In this document: positions 52,122 to 64,000 of the stretch, piece by piece
Layout of the letters: each line of letters opens with the position of its first letter
How positions within the stretch are numbered: position 1 is the stretch's first letter
Source of the DNA: Octopus vulgaris
Lineage: Eukaryota
Assembly (NCBI GenBank): GCA_951406725.2
Contig: OX597822.1
Coordinates: 26,474,001 to 26,538,000 of the forward strand
DNA: 64,000 nt
Direction: 5' to 3'
Made by a program: the position numbers and the translations under genes
The notes under the pieces: model-generated
Databases searched by the model: none
The model's input: only the letters and a program-made list of their open reading frames with translations
What the model was told of the DNA's origin: nothing

Positions 52122-53181
52122 ATGTATTTGCAATCGTGTAACATTTTCTCCATTTTCTTGTTTTTTTTGTCCGTGTTGTCGTACATATTCACCCGCTTTC
52201 TTCCAAAGATTTAATGCACTTAGCTTAGATTTTTAGAGCCTACCAATTTTGAACAGTCTCTAGTGTAACAGGCCGAAACTGTAGTGATAACTGGAAGCTT
52301 GACTGATGAATAGAAAGCCACGAATCTTCTGTCCTGGTTTTCCTGTCCGTCCATGCATCGTCCATCGGTCCGTATGTTTTCATTGTCGTTTGTTACGTTC
52401 CTGTAATGTATTTTTTAATATTTATATATACATGTAGCGGCGTACGAACACCATTTACTCAGCTTGTAAGTAAGTATATATCTATATTCTGTACGAGTTC
52501 TTTCTTTCCTCTTTTCTTTTTCTCGCTTCCCTTCTCTCATTTTCTTCGCATTCTCTTTCTTTCTACTTTTCTTTTCTTGCTTCCCCTCTCTCATACTTTT
52601 TTGGCATTCTCTTTCTTTGATCTCTCTATTTTCTTCTGTTGTCACCCTTATACCTTCCCCACCCCTTCTCTCTAGTTCCTCCTCTAATTCTTCAATCTCT
52701 CTGCTCCCTACTTCTCTCTGTTCCTCCCACGTGACAAGCAGGATCGTTCTCTCTTGGCTCGACCGCCCCTCGCACAACACCTTATTTTCCTGTCCCCTGA
52801 CTTTCATCTATGTTTGTTGCCGCAAGGCTTCCACCTCACACGTCAGCTTAACTTGTCCTTTTAGTCGAAAGACAGCTTTTGTTATTCTTGTTCTTTGTAT
52901 TTGTAATCGTGTAACATTTTCTCCGTTTTCTCTTTTTTCTTTTTGTCGTGTTGTCGCACATATTTGCCCGCTTTCTTCCAAAAATTTAATGCCCTTAGCT
53001 TAGATTTTTGGGGCCTACCAATTTTGAACAGTCTCAAGTGTAACAGGCCGAAACTGTAGTGATAATTGGAAGCTTGACTGAAGAATAGAAATCCGAATCT
53101 TCTGTCCTGGTTTTCCTGTCCGTCCTTATAACATCCATCTGTCCATATGTTTTTATTGTCGTCCGTTACGTTCCTGTTCCG

Positions 53182-53182
<1 letters not shown>
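52122..53182 (+). mobile_element. Non-autonomous element with a terminal direct repeat of about 285 bp
   Basis: 52122-52405 is repeated at 52896-53180 (TGTATTTG.AATCGTGTAACATTTTCTCC...GTTACGTTCCTG). Confidence 0.75.
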
Positions 53183-53256
<74 letters not shown>

Positions 53257-53777
53257 CTCTCCCTCTCTCTCTCTCTTGGTCACTGCTTCTTCTCTGATTC
53301 CTTCTCTCCCTCTCTCTCTCGGTCACTGCTTCTGTCCTCGCCTTCCACCCTCCTTGGTCCCCTCTCTCTCTTACCCCCTTCTCTCTCTTACCCTCTTGCG
53401 ACTTTCTGCCTCAGCCATTCTGTTTCCATCGGCCGCTTGTTCAACATGTGTCTTATCACCGAAAAGGTAATTATTTTTCCACGCTTGCTGATATTGTTTT
53501 TGTGTCTCTCTTTTTGTCTCAAAGCCGTAGGGCGCCTGTGTCATCCATGTTTTTAACCGTTACTGTCTCCAAAAAGATTTTTCGTTTCATGTTCGTCTCT
53601 GTTGCGTTGCATTCTTTCCTTCTGTGGCTGGCTGATTCAGAGCGGATCTCAGAATTAAACAGCCGAAATCTGCGATGAGGGATCAGTTTCTGACTGAAGA
53701 ATGAAGGCTTTGAATGACCCGTTTGTCTTTTTGTTCGTCCCTTCGTGTATTTCACGTTATTTATTTATGTAAAGGTT

Positions 53778-53910
<133 letters not shown>

Positions 53911-54086
53911 TAGATATACATACATACATATACACACACACTATACTATATTTTATTCACACGCACACAATGATTTCTTTGAAGAAATCTATATCATAGG
54001 GATGTGTTTCACTTTCATCATATCTTTTACCGTTTATCAGTTTCAAGTTGTAACGGAGTACCATTAATACAAAAAGAAACACACAC

Positions 54087-54494
54087 ACGTGGCTGTGTGG
54101 TAAGTAGCTTGCTAACCAACCACATGGTTCCGGGTTCAGTCCCACTGCGTGGCATCTTGGGCAAGTGTCTTCTGCTATAGCCTCGGGCCGACCAATGCCT
54201 TGTAAGTGGATTTGGTAGACAGAAACTGAAAGAAGCCTGTCGTATATACGTATATATATATGTAGGTGTGTGTATATGTTTGTGTATCTGTGTTTGTCCC
54301 CCCCCCCACCATCGCTTGACAACCGATGCTGGTGTGTTTACGTCCCCGTCACTTAGCGGTTCGGCAAAAGAGACCGATAGAATAAGTACTGGGCTTACAA
54401 AGAATAAGTCCCGGGGTCGAGTTGCTCGACTAAAGGCGGTGCTCCAGCATGGCCGCAGTCAAATGACTGAAACAAGTAAAAGAGTAAAAGAGTA
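54087..54494 (+). mobile_element. SINE family A
   Basis: Match to 7308; tail (GTAAAAGA)2. Confidence 0.9.
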
Positions 54495-54512
54495 ATATAT
54501 ATATATATATAT

Positions 54513-55143
54513 GGTTTCCTCGCAGCCATTCCCCTTCTTCTCTCCCTTTCTCTTGCTCCCCTCCCCCCTCCAGTCGTTGACCCGCGACGAGACTTCCGCT
54601 GCTGTCTTTCTGGCCTGGCCCTCTCAAGGTATGGACGACAATTCTTTTTGCTCCTCTCTTCGTTCATAAAAAAATCCGCGTTCGCAATACTTTTTTTCGT
54701 TCGGCGTTAACAGCCCTTCCTATCTTGTTTTTCCTTGTCCTGTCTTTTACTGTTTAGAATTTGTACTGTCGTTACTGTCCTGTTTTTGTTACCATTTTTT
54801 ACCCCTCTGCGAAAAGATCTCGGAATTTTAATTGATTTGCTTTTCGCAGGAAGGAAAGTTTCTTGTCGAAGTTACGTCTCGCTTTTATCCTTCCAAACGT
54901 AGAGTAGATGAAACCATAGCGACTGAAGAAGGGGTTTTTTCTTTGTGTTAATTGTCCTGTACTCTATTTTTGTTGTTGTTTAAAAAAATGTCCAGTTTCT
55001 TTGGTTTGTGTCTATGTTTTCGTTTCTCATTGTGTTCGACGTCCTTTTGGTGTCCTGTACTCATATATGCGTGTATATGTACATGTAGAGGTAGGTACGT
55101 ACATATATGTTTATATATATGCATATGTTTTATTTTATTTATT
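54513..55143 (+). mobile_element. Unclassified non-autonomous element, copy 2
   Basis: Colinear with 49030-49640; both flanks are (TA)n. Confidence 0.65.
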
Positions 55144-55144
55144 A

Positions 55145-55191
<47 letters not shown>

Positions 55192-55914
55192 TATATATAC
55201 ACATATATACATATATACATACACTCACACACACTTGGTAGGCTTTCCGTCTACCCTACCTAATCTGCTCACGACGCTTAAGTCGGTTCGAGGCTATTGT
55301 AGAAGACTAGTGCGAATGAACCCACGGCCACATTGATGCGAAAGTAGTATTAACCACACGACCAATATGATGTTTCTTTATGCAAAAGTAGCAGCTTGAA
55401 TATAAAGTGAAAAATGATACTGTAATGTCATCATAACTTTACTTTATTTCAGTTTAACAACTTAGTTTCACGGATATTTTCTATTCCGTTTTATTTTTTT
55501 ATGATTTAGTTTTTTTTTTTTTTTAAATAACAACATTTTGAGGTATTAAAGCAAAAAAACGAAAATGACGCTTGTTATAGCAACTGAGACATCCACACTA
55601 ACCATGCTTTTGTGAATCTTATTTTCTGCCGGAATAATTAAAATCCTGGATTCTCCAAATGCAGAAATGTTGTTTAGAATGACCTGACTTCATTTTATGT
55701 TGCAATATAGCACAACAATAAATTAAGCAACCAATCAGATCACATTCACCAGTCACTTCCTAAATACCACCAGTACCAAGCCATCGTGGTAAGGATAAAG
55801 AAGTCTTGTACAACACGACTGTAGTGTTACATCGATGACACCTTCACAACTGAAATATATAAATATCAATGAAACCCCACCGTAATTACTATGACTATAA
55901 TAATTACTACAGGC

Positions 55915-56118
55915 AGGGCAGTGAGCTGGCAGAATCGTTAGCAAGCCGGGCGAAATGCTTTGCGGTATTTCGTCTGCCGCTACGTTCTGAGTTCAAATTC
56001 CGCCGAGGTCGACTTTGCCTTTCATCCCTTTCAGGGTCGATTGAATAAGTACCAGGTAGCTTTGTGGTAATTAGCTGGCTTACCAACCACACGATTCGGG
56101 GTTCAGTCCCACTGCGTG
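55915..56118 (+). mobile_element. SINE family B 5' part fused to a family A head fragment
   Basis: Family B sequence to about 56055, then GTGGTAATTAGCTGGCTTACCAACCAC...GGTTCAGTCCC. Confidence 0.75.
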
Positions 56119-56223
56119 AATTGTCAGTTTAGTAAATAAATAAGTTAACATAATATTATGTCTAAAAGTTGATGTACCAGCTATTGATCCCCTCCATTTT
56201 CTTATTGCTCTCTCTCTCTCTCA

Positions 56224-56312
<89 letters not shown>

Positions 56313-56348
56313 TGTATCTATGTATGTGTGTGTGTATATATATATATA

Positions 56349-56705
56349 GGCGCAGGAGGTGGCTTTGTGGTAATTAGCTGGCTTCCCAACCACATGGTTC
56401 TGGGTTCAGTCCCACTACGTGATACCTTGGGCGAGTGACTTCTACTATTGCCTCAGGCCGACCAAAGCCTTGTGAGTGGATTTGGATTTGGTATGTTTGT
56501 GTGTCTGCGCTTGTCCCCCTCCTACCATCGCTTGACAATCGATGTTGGTGTGTTTATGTCCTCGTAACTTAGCGGTTCGGCAACCGAGACCGATAGAATA
56601 AGTACTAGGCTTACAAAGAATAAGTCCTGCGGTTGATTTGTGGGACTAAAGGTAGTGTTTCAGCATGGCTGCAATCAAATAACTGAAACAAGCAACAGAA
56701 TAAAC
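56349..56705 (+). mobile_element. SINE family A with internal deletion
   Basis: Head and tail match 7308. Confidence 0.85.
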
Positions 56706-56710
56706 GAATA

Positions 56711-56892
56711 TTCGCCATGATAAATCGCTAGCCACTACACATTCTTTATTTTCTCCCCCTGTTTCTTTCTGTGGAAGAGCGTAGGCTCGAAATGTTAAAA
56801 ATTTTTTTCACTTCCCGAGGGTTAAGCTAATACATCTGTTTATTGTCTACACCACCTGTCTTCGTCTTTTGTTTTTTTTGTGAATTCTCCCT
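56711..56892 (+). mobile_element. Short Penelope-like element
   Basis: CTGTGGAAGAGCGTAGGCTCGAAATG; colinear with 19818-20030; ends in (TA)n. Confidence 0.6.
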
Positions 56893-57408
56893 ATATATAT
56901 ATATATATTATTTATATTAAGGTCGTATATAAATATATTTATAGGGAATAATAAATTTTTCCCTTATGAGGTTTTTTGCCCTAAGTACTTGATAAATTCT
57001 TATAAAGATTTTATAGATAGATAGATAGATAGATAGATATACGCACGCACACACACACACTCACTCACTCTCTTATATATACAGAGAGAGAGGGAGAGAG
57101 ACAGATGGGAAGAGAATAATATGCAAGTACCTCGCTCGCTCCCTCACCAGCTAGACAGATTGTTCGATATATCGATAGGTCGATCGATTGATCAACAACA
57201 AGCTAGATAGATAGAGACATAGATAGACAGATAGACAGATATGCATTTCTCGAATGACCGTATTTTGACAAAAAAATTTTCTTTAATTATTCTCCACCCT
57301 CTTCCCTACACCACCCCGATTTGTCACGCCGTTGGCTCTTGATTGTGACTCAACGATCCATCTCAGATTATAAAAGCTACATGTTATATGCGCGTACACG
57401 CACACAGA

Positions 57409-57453
<45 letters not shown>

Positions 57454-57924
57454 AGCATAAACACATATATGTGTACGTTTGTGCGCGTGTGCGTACTATG
57501 TGAGTTGATAAAATTTTGTAACATAGCTTGGCGACATGATTTTTACAGATTTTTGTTGGTTATTCATGGGAAAATAATTTACTCTGAATTCTTAATCTAT
57601 CTTAATTTGTTTTTAATGTAATAGTTTTTTTTTTTGGTCTTTTTTTCCTTTTTTTTTTTTACAGAAGTAAATGTTACATGTTTGAACTACAGACGGAAAA
57701 TTGATTTCCGATAAAATATATTGGAACGAGTTAAAAAATAAAAAAAGACATATGTATTTGCAACATAATCAAATGCTGGATCTGGGAAACTGGTGTTTTT
57801 GGTGTTGGTAATGTTTAAGACACACACATACATGTATGTATGTATACATACATATATACACGCATACATACATACATACATACATACATACATACATACA
57901 TACATACATACATACATACATACA

Positions 57925-58278
57925 TGATGGCTGCCCCCTCGTTATCGAGTATGGCCACTGCACGAAGCTTAACTGTTACTGGTGCTGTGATCGAATGTGA
58001 CTTTTTAGCCCAGCTGAAGATCTACAATGTCTTGTACAGAATTGGCAACTAAAACCTTTACCGGTAATAGCCGGCTGTAGTTGTAATTGGGCTTCATATA
58101 CCTTTGCATGCCGTTTAAGTTCTCCCACCGAATTACACTCGCTTCCACATGCCCGACAGATATGATTAGTATGGTGTGTTACACTACCACCAGTGGCCAG
58201 ATTGTCACTCATCTGTCTCGCTTTATGACTACGAAGATGACTCTTGAGTCCAGCTTTACTTAGGCAGGGTCTTGCACG
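57925..58278 (-). mobile_element. RTE LINE 3' fragment (zinc-finger tail)
   Basis: CLSKAGLKSHLRSH, CRACGSEC...LKRH and CQFCTRHCRSSAGLKSHIRSQH; the 3' end GGCCATACTCGATAACGAGGGGGCAGCCATC resembles 32000-32032. Confidence 0.8.
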
Positions 58279-58879
58279 TACATACATACATACATACATA
58301 CATACATACATACATACATACATACATACATACATACACACACATACATACATACATACATACATACATACATACATACATACATACATACATACATACA
58401 TACATACATACATACACACACACATCCACAGTACACCCACACTCTCACACGCTCTCACACACACATAAATATATCATGAAAGTCGGGAAGCATCGGAGGA
58501 AAATGTAGGTTTACAGCCGTTTCGCAACTTCCTTCATGGAATATTAACTTCAGTGGGTTGAGTATGAAAGAAGTTATACTTACACGCTTACATTAATATG
58601 CATACTCGGCATTATACAATACAGTTGTATGTTCACAAATCAATGCAAATAGAGAAAGTTAGCTCATCAGATCATCAGTAAATTATGGTGATACTTCTCT
58701 GTACTGGATTACTAAATGGACTCTTAGCCGAGTCCGTAAAAAAGGCTTTCTGTGGGAGCCACATGATTCTCTGAACCCATACCTTATACAAGAAATTCAC
58801 AGTGGCCCAGTGGCTTGGATGCTCCACTTTCGGTCCCTGGATCATGAGTTCGATTCTTGGACAGAGTTGTACGTTGTGT

Positions 58880-59035
58880 TCTATAGCAGTTCGGCAAAAG
58901 AGTACCGATAGAATAAGTACAAGGCTTTAAAATAAGTAATGGGGGTGTCGATTCGTTCGACTTAAAATTCTTCAAGGCGGTACTCCAGCCATGACCGCCA
59001 CCTAATAACTGAAACAAGTAAAAGATGAAAAAATA
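58880..59035 (+). mobile_element. SINE family A-type 3' part
   Basis: GTTCGGCAAAAGAG.ACCGATAGAATAAGTAC...CTGAAACAAGTAAAAGA. Confidence 0.7.
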
Positions 59036-59594
59036 AATGACACACACACACGCACACACACACACACACGCGCGCGCGCGCACACACATACACACACACA
59101 CACGCACGCACGCACGCACGCATGATATTCATCCCGTGTTCATTGAAATGCTTGTTGTTTGTTTCCATATTCTTTTATTCTTTTATTCTGTTATTCAATT
59201 ATTCTGACTTCATTTATTAGATGGTGGATTTGCTAGGACAACGCCTCAAATAATGCACTTCGTTCGTTTGTATTCTTTTCTCTTGTATGTGCGTGTAATT
59301 TTTTTGTCGATTGTATCGATTCTAGTGTTTACGTGGATGATATTCATTTTATTGATTCTATTTATCGAATTGCAAAGTCACGCTTTGACGTGAAGAGGAC
59401 ACAGCACAGGTTTAAACCGGTGAACATAAATACATACAGACGTATGCATGTGTGTACGCGTGTGCGTACAAAAGCCTTTCATCTCTCACTCTCTCTTCTC
59501 TCTCTCTCTCTCTCTCTTTCTGTATATACATACATATGTATGTATAAATGTATGTATGCACTATATGTGTGCATGTTTGTGCATATTCTGTTAT

Positions 59595-59906
59595 TCTTTT
59601 ATTTGATTCAGTCATTTGACTGCGGCCATGCTGGAGCACCACCTTTAGTCGACCAAATCGACCCCAGAACTTATTCTTTGTAAGCCTAATACTTATTCTA
59701 TCGGTCACTTTTGCCGAACCGCTATGTTACGGGGGACGTAAAAACACCAACATCGGTTGTCAAGCGATGGTGGGACAAACACAGATACACAAATATACAC
59801 ACACGCACGCAAACACACACACACACGTGCGCGCGCACACACACGTACGACGGGCTTCTTTCAGTTTCCGTCTACTAAATCCACTCACAAGGCTTTGGTC
59901 GGCCCG
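59595..59906 (-). mobile_element. SINE family A, head missing
   Basis: Reverse-strand match to the 7308 body and tail. Confidence 0.85.
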
Positions 59907-59912
59907 ATATAT

Positions 59913-59983
<71 letters not shown>

Positions 59984-60030
59984 AGGCACACATACACAGG
60001 CACACACACATATGTATATGCATATATCTA

Positions 60031-60096
<66 letters not shown>

Positions 60097-60339
60097 CGTG
60101 TATAAGCATGTATGTATATGTGTGTGTGTGTGTGTGTATGTGTGTGTGTGCGTGTGCTTTTATAAATGACAGGCTATTGGAGGTTTACGTCTACCAAATT
60201 CCACTGATTCTTTTGTGAAAACATTAGTTAACTGGCAGCTTTGGTAAGAAACCACTTACCTAAGATATTCCATCATGAGTCGGACTCAGAACCACGTAGA
60301 AGCGAAGCCAACGCTTGAACTCGTAACTATACTACCGCC

Positions 60340-62620
60340 TATCACAAAAAAATGAACGACAAAGGCTTGTTGCCAGGAAACATTATTTAAGCACAAAATC
60401 GAATTAAGTTAATCAATCAACAAGGATGATTATTGCTGAATATTCTGGCCAACAGGACTTTAAGGAAGGTTAAAGCAAAGCAATGGAAAATATGTTGGCT
60501 AGTATGCAAAAGCAAAAAGAGAAAAAAATTAATTATACATATAGAATAAAATGTAATTCATTTCTAAATCAACTGCGCTTACAACGGCATCTTTCATTGT
60601 CATAAAAGTTGTTGCCAAAAAGAAAACACCTTTCGTTAATGAGGAAACGAGGAAAGAATATGTGGTTGAGACTAACACGGTTTTGTTTGTTAAAAAAGAA
60701 TCGCTGATACAGCAATAAAATCTATGCCATTTTAGAAGAATGCAGTTACACGTAGTTCAAAAAATACTTTTCTATTTTATCTTATTTTATCTTATTTTAT
60801 TTTATCTTTTACTTGTTTAAGTCATTGGATTGCAGCCACGCTGAGACGCCGCTTTGAAGGGGTTAGTTAACAGATCGGCCCAGTACTTGTTTTAAGTCTT
60901 GTACTTATCCTCTGAAACTCTTTTTGCTAAGTTACGAGGACGTAAACTCTAAATTTACTCACAATGTATTGGTAAACCTGCGGTCTTAGTAGAAGACACT
61001 CCATCAAGGTACCGCGAAATAGGACTGCATCTGAAACCAGGTGGTTGCAAAGCAAATATCTTAACCTTACAGCCATGCCTGCGCCTACAGAACAATAAAA
61101 TTTGATTTGGTAAAATGCAGATTCTTTTATTTGCATTTTGATGAATCTACTGGTATTGTTAGAGTTTCCCAAATTATAATTTTTTACCCTCTTTTTTGTA
61201 TGATTTTCTCAAATATAAAAGATTTTTTATCACTTTCCTCAAAAATCGAAAACGCATTTTGAAGCTATTGATCAAACTTCCAAGAATTTTCCTCGTGAAA
61301 ATGATGCACCACTTTAATAATTGGTTTCATTCACAACGAATGGTGCTTCTGCAATGATAGAAAGAATAATGGCTTTTGTTAGTCTTCGCATGTTACCATT
61401 ATACCATTCACCAGTAAGTTTTATATTTCAGACTTATTAAATGTGAAGACATCATAAGATTGTAGAGTTAAAAAGCTATTTTTCACTGATGGATTTCTTT
61501 TTCTTTTTTTACCATAGTGTGGTGAATTATAAAAAGAATTAAATGATCGACTTCGAAGATACCCCTTTAAAAAATTAGTTTCAATTACAACTGACGGTAT
61601 TCCAGTAATGATAGAAAAAAATTGGTATTGTGACGAGTAGTCTTTGTAAGAAGTACGAAGCTTTTCCATCCACATCATCAATAACAAGTTATTAAATATA
61701 AACACATCATAAACGTGATTTTTAAAATAAAAATAAAACTCTACGAGGGTCCGTCGCCAGACTTTGATGCCTAGAGGTACTTCAGAATATTCTGGATGGG
61801 CACCAATTTGTATTGCAAGAAGAATTTTGTAAACTGTATTTTCTAAATTCGAAGGGGCACCATTGAATAGTGAGTGCAGTGCCGTCCAGGGCGCCTCCTT
61901 GGCGATGGGCATGTTAGTCAGACTTCAAGAAATGTATTGTAGGACGATTTGTGTAAACTGTATTTTCAGAATCTGAGGGCGCACCTTTGAATAGTGAAAG
62001 GGCAGTGCCGTCCAGTGACCACACACACACACACACACCTTAACGATGGACATGACTCCACACAAGCAAAGCCTCTGCAAGAAAGGATAATTAAGGTCCC
62101 TTTAGAGAATGTGGACACTGTGTTGGCCACAGGAAGGGGAAAAAAACTTGTAGATTTGAAGAGGTGTTTCTCGAAGACATTTTGTTTTTCATAACACCGT
62201 GGTGAATTCTCGTGATGAATTTAGTAATCAATCATGGCTAGCCGGTTAATCATTTTTTGAACGTGATATCAACATTGATTAATAATTTTAATCACGAACT
62301 TCAAAGAGAAATCGAAATTATTTCACAGTTGGTGAGTTCGATAAATGCTTAGACAATCGATGTCGTGGAAATCTCAGATATACATGAAAATGTTCAACGT
62401 TTTTACTTTCAAATAATAGATTGCACTTGGATACTGCAATCACATTTAATTCCAATCAATAAATGTATATAAAAAAAACCTCTTAAAGATTATTGATAAT
62501 TTACAGATTCGATTTTCTGATTTCATTGCAGTCATAGGTGCATCCACTTTTATCTAACTCATTTATGAATCTAGATGTAAAAGTAACTACTTCTCAAATA
62601 GAGGCGTTGGGTGGTTGATA
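60340..62620 (+). mobile_element. Highly decayed hAT (Charlie/SPIN/GTF2IRD2-like) transposase remnants
   Basis: LVSFTTNGASAMI (about 61320), KLVSITTDGIPVMI (about 61570) and NFNHELQ (about 62285); interrupted by a SINE at about 60805-61085. Confidence 0.6.
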
Positions 62621-62782
62621 TAACCCTTCTTTTCTAGTTGTTCTCATATCAAGGAGACTTTGAGGTTGCGCGTATTGACAATAATCACTATAAGTTTCAT
62701 CAGGGTTTCCAAATATTTTGTTTACCACATCAGGAATGTACATTCAGTTAGTTAATGTTATATAAGTTAGTCAATGTTGTAA

Positions 62783-63014
62783 AGGCGGCGAGCTGGCAGA
62801 AACGTTAGCACGCTGGGCGAAATGCTTTGTGGTATTTCGTCTGCCGTTACGTTCTGAGTTCAAATTCCGCCGAGGTCGACTTTGCCTTTCATCCTTTCGG
62901 GGTCGATAAATTAAGTACCAGTTACGCACTGGGGTCGATATAATCGACTTAATCCGTTTGTCTATCCTTGTTTGTCCCCTCTGTGTTTAGCCCCTTGTGG
63001 GTAGTAAAGAAATA
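62783..63014 (+). mobile_element. SINE family B, full length
   Basis: GGCGGCGAGCTGGCAGAAACG, GAGTTCAAATTCC, Meta-like domain, tail GTGGGTAGTAAAGAAAT. Confidence 0.92.
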
Positions 63015-63119
63015 AGTTAATGTTGTATAAGTGGTACAGGGTATATGAATCATCGTATATACTGGGTATATGTTGATTGATACTACTTATTAAGACCTGT
63101 GAATAGGAAAGGAAAAGAG

Positions 63120-63243
63120 AGCCTAGTAAGCCTAGTACTTATTCTATCGGGCTCTTTTGCCGAACCGCTAAGAAACGATGACGTAAACACACCAGCAACG
63201 GTTGTTAATCGATGTTGGGGGGACAAACAGACACAGACAGACA

Positions 63244-63335
<92 letters not shown>

Positions 63336-63503
63336 TATATACGTCGGGCTTCTTTCAGTTTCCGTCTACCACATCCACTCACAAGGCTTTGGTCGACCCG
63401 AGGCTATAGTAGAAGACACTTGCCCAAAGTACCACGCAATGGGACTGAACCCGGAACCATGTGGTTGGTAAACAAGCTACTTACCACACGGCCACTCCTA
63501 CGC
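63120..63503 (-). mobile_element. SINE family A, tail clipped
   Basis: Reverse-strand match to 7308. Confidence 0.88.
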
Positions 63504-63663
63504 CTCTATTCTATTTCTAAAAATAGAGAAAAGAAAAAAACGATCGGAAAGCCCACATCGGACAGCGTAATGGCCGATATAGAGAAAGACGGGGTGGTTC
63601 ATAGTTGGAATACTTTTAAGCATAAATCTGCTGGATCAGGGGCTGGCAGGAAGTAAAATACGC

Positions 63664-63933
63664 CATCATCATCTTTGTCGACATTGTCATTATTGTCATC
63701 TTCCTCCTCGGCATAATCATCATCCTCATCGCCGTCGTCGCCTCATAATCGTCATCGTCATCATCATTGACGTCATTGTCATCTTCATCGTCCTCTTTGT
63801 CACCGTCTCCATCGTTGTCATCATGATCATCGTCATCATCATCGCCGACATCATCATCATCATCCTCAGCAGCAGCAGCAACAGCAGCAGTGTCGTCATC
63901 GTTGTCGTCGTCGTAGTCATCACCATCATCGTG

Positions 63934-63979
<46 letters not shown>

Positions 63980-64000
63980 CCATCATCTTCATCATCATCA
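63664..64000. repeat. Degenerate (CAT)n tract
   Basis: Direct inspection. Confidence 0.9.

Noticed and set aside
57976-58464. Host C2H2 zinc-finger gene
   Set aside because: No TGEKP linkers, the N-terminus is microsatellite, and it matches the RTE tail at 31670-32032
61810-62015. Two diverged direct repeats of about 80 bp
   Set aside because: The duplication is real but no function or family could be assigned

Overview
This is AT-rich, repeat-saturated eukaryotic non-coding DNA. It is most likely from an octopus (coleoid cephalopod), inferred from the tRNA-derived SINE families and the extreme microsatellite load. No convincing host protein-coding gene is present, and almost all long ORFs are microsatellite artefacts. 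DNA transposons include a near-complete mariner (D,D34D), a decayed piggyBac with nested insertions, hAT remnants, several Helitrons (one carrying an 11 x 160-bp array and a Pif1-helicase fragment) and MULE/Tc1-type MITEs. Retroelements include LINE fragments of four groups (CR1-like, RTE, L1/Tx1, R4/Dong-like), three or more modular SINE families, and many short Penelope-like elements with minimal hammerhead ribozyme motifs. Five observations stand out. (1) A tRNA-headed element with a hammerhead tail sits as an inverted fold-back inside one 12-bp TSD (44221-44774). (2) Two SINE/LINE pairs share 3' tails, one with a covarying stem-loop. (3) Two RTE LINEs end in three C2H2-like fingers. (4) R4-like LINEs appear targeted to (CATA)n. 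(5) A chimeric Helitron carries a satellite. Coordinates were read by eye and may be off by a few bases, and family names rest on motif recognition rather than database searches.
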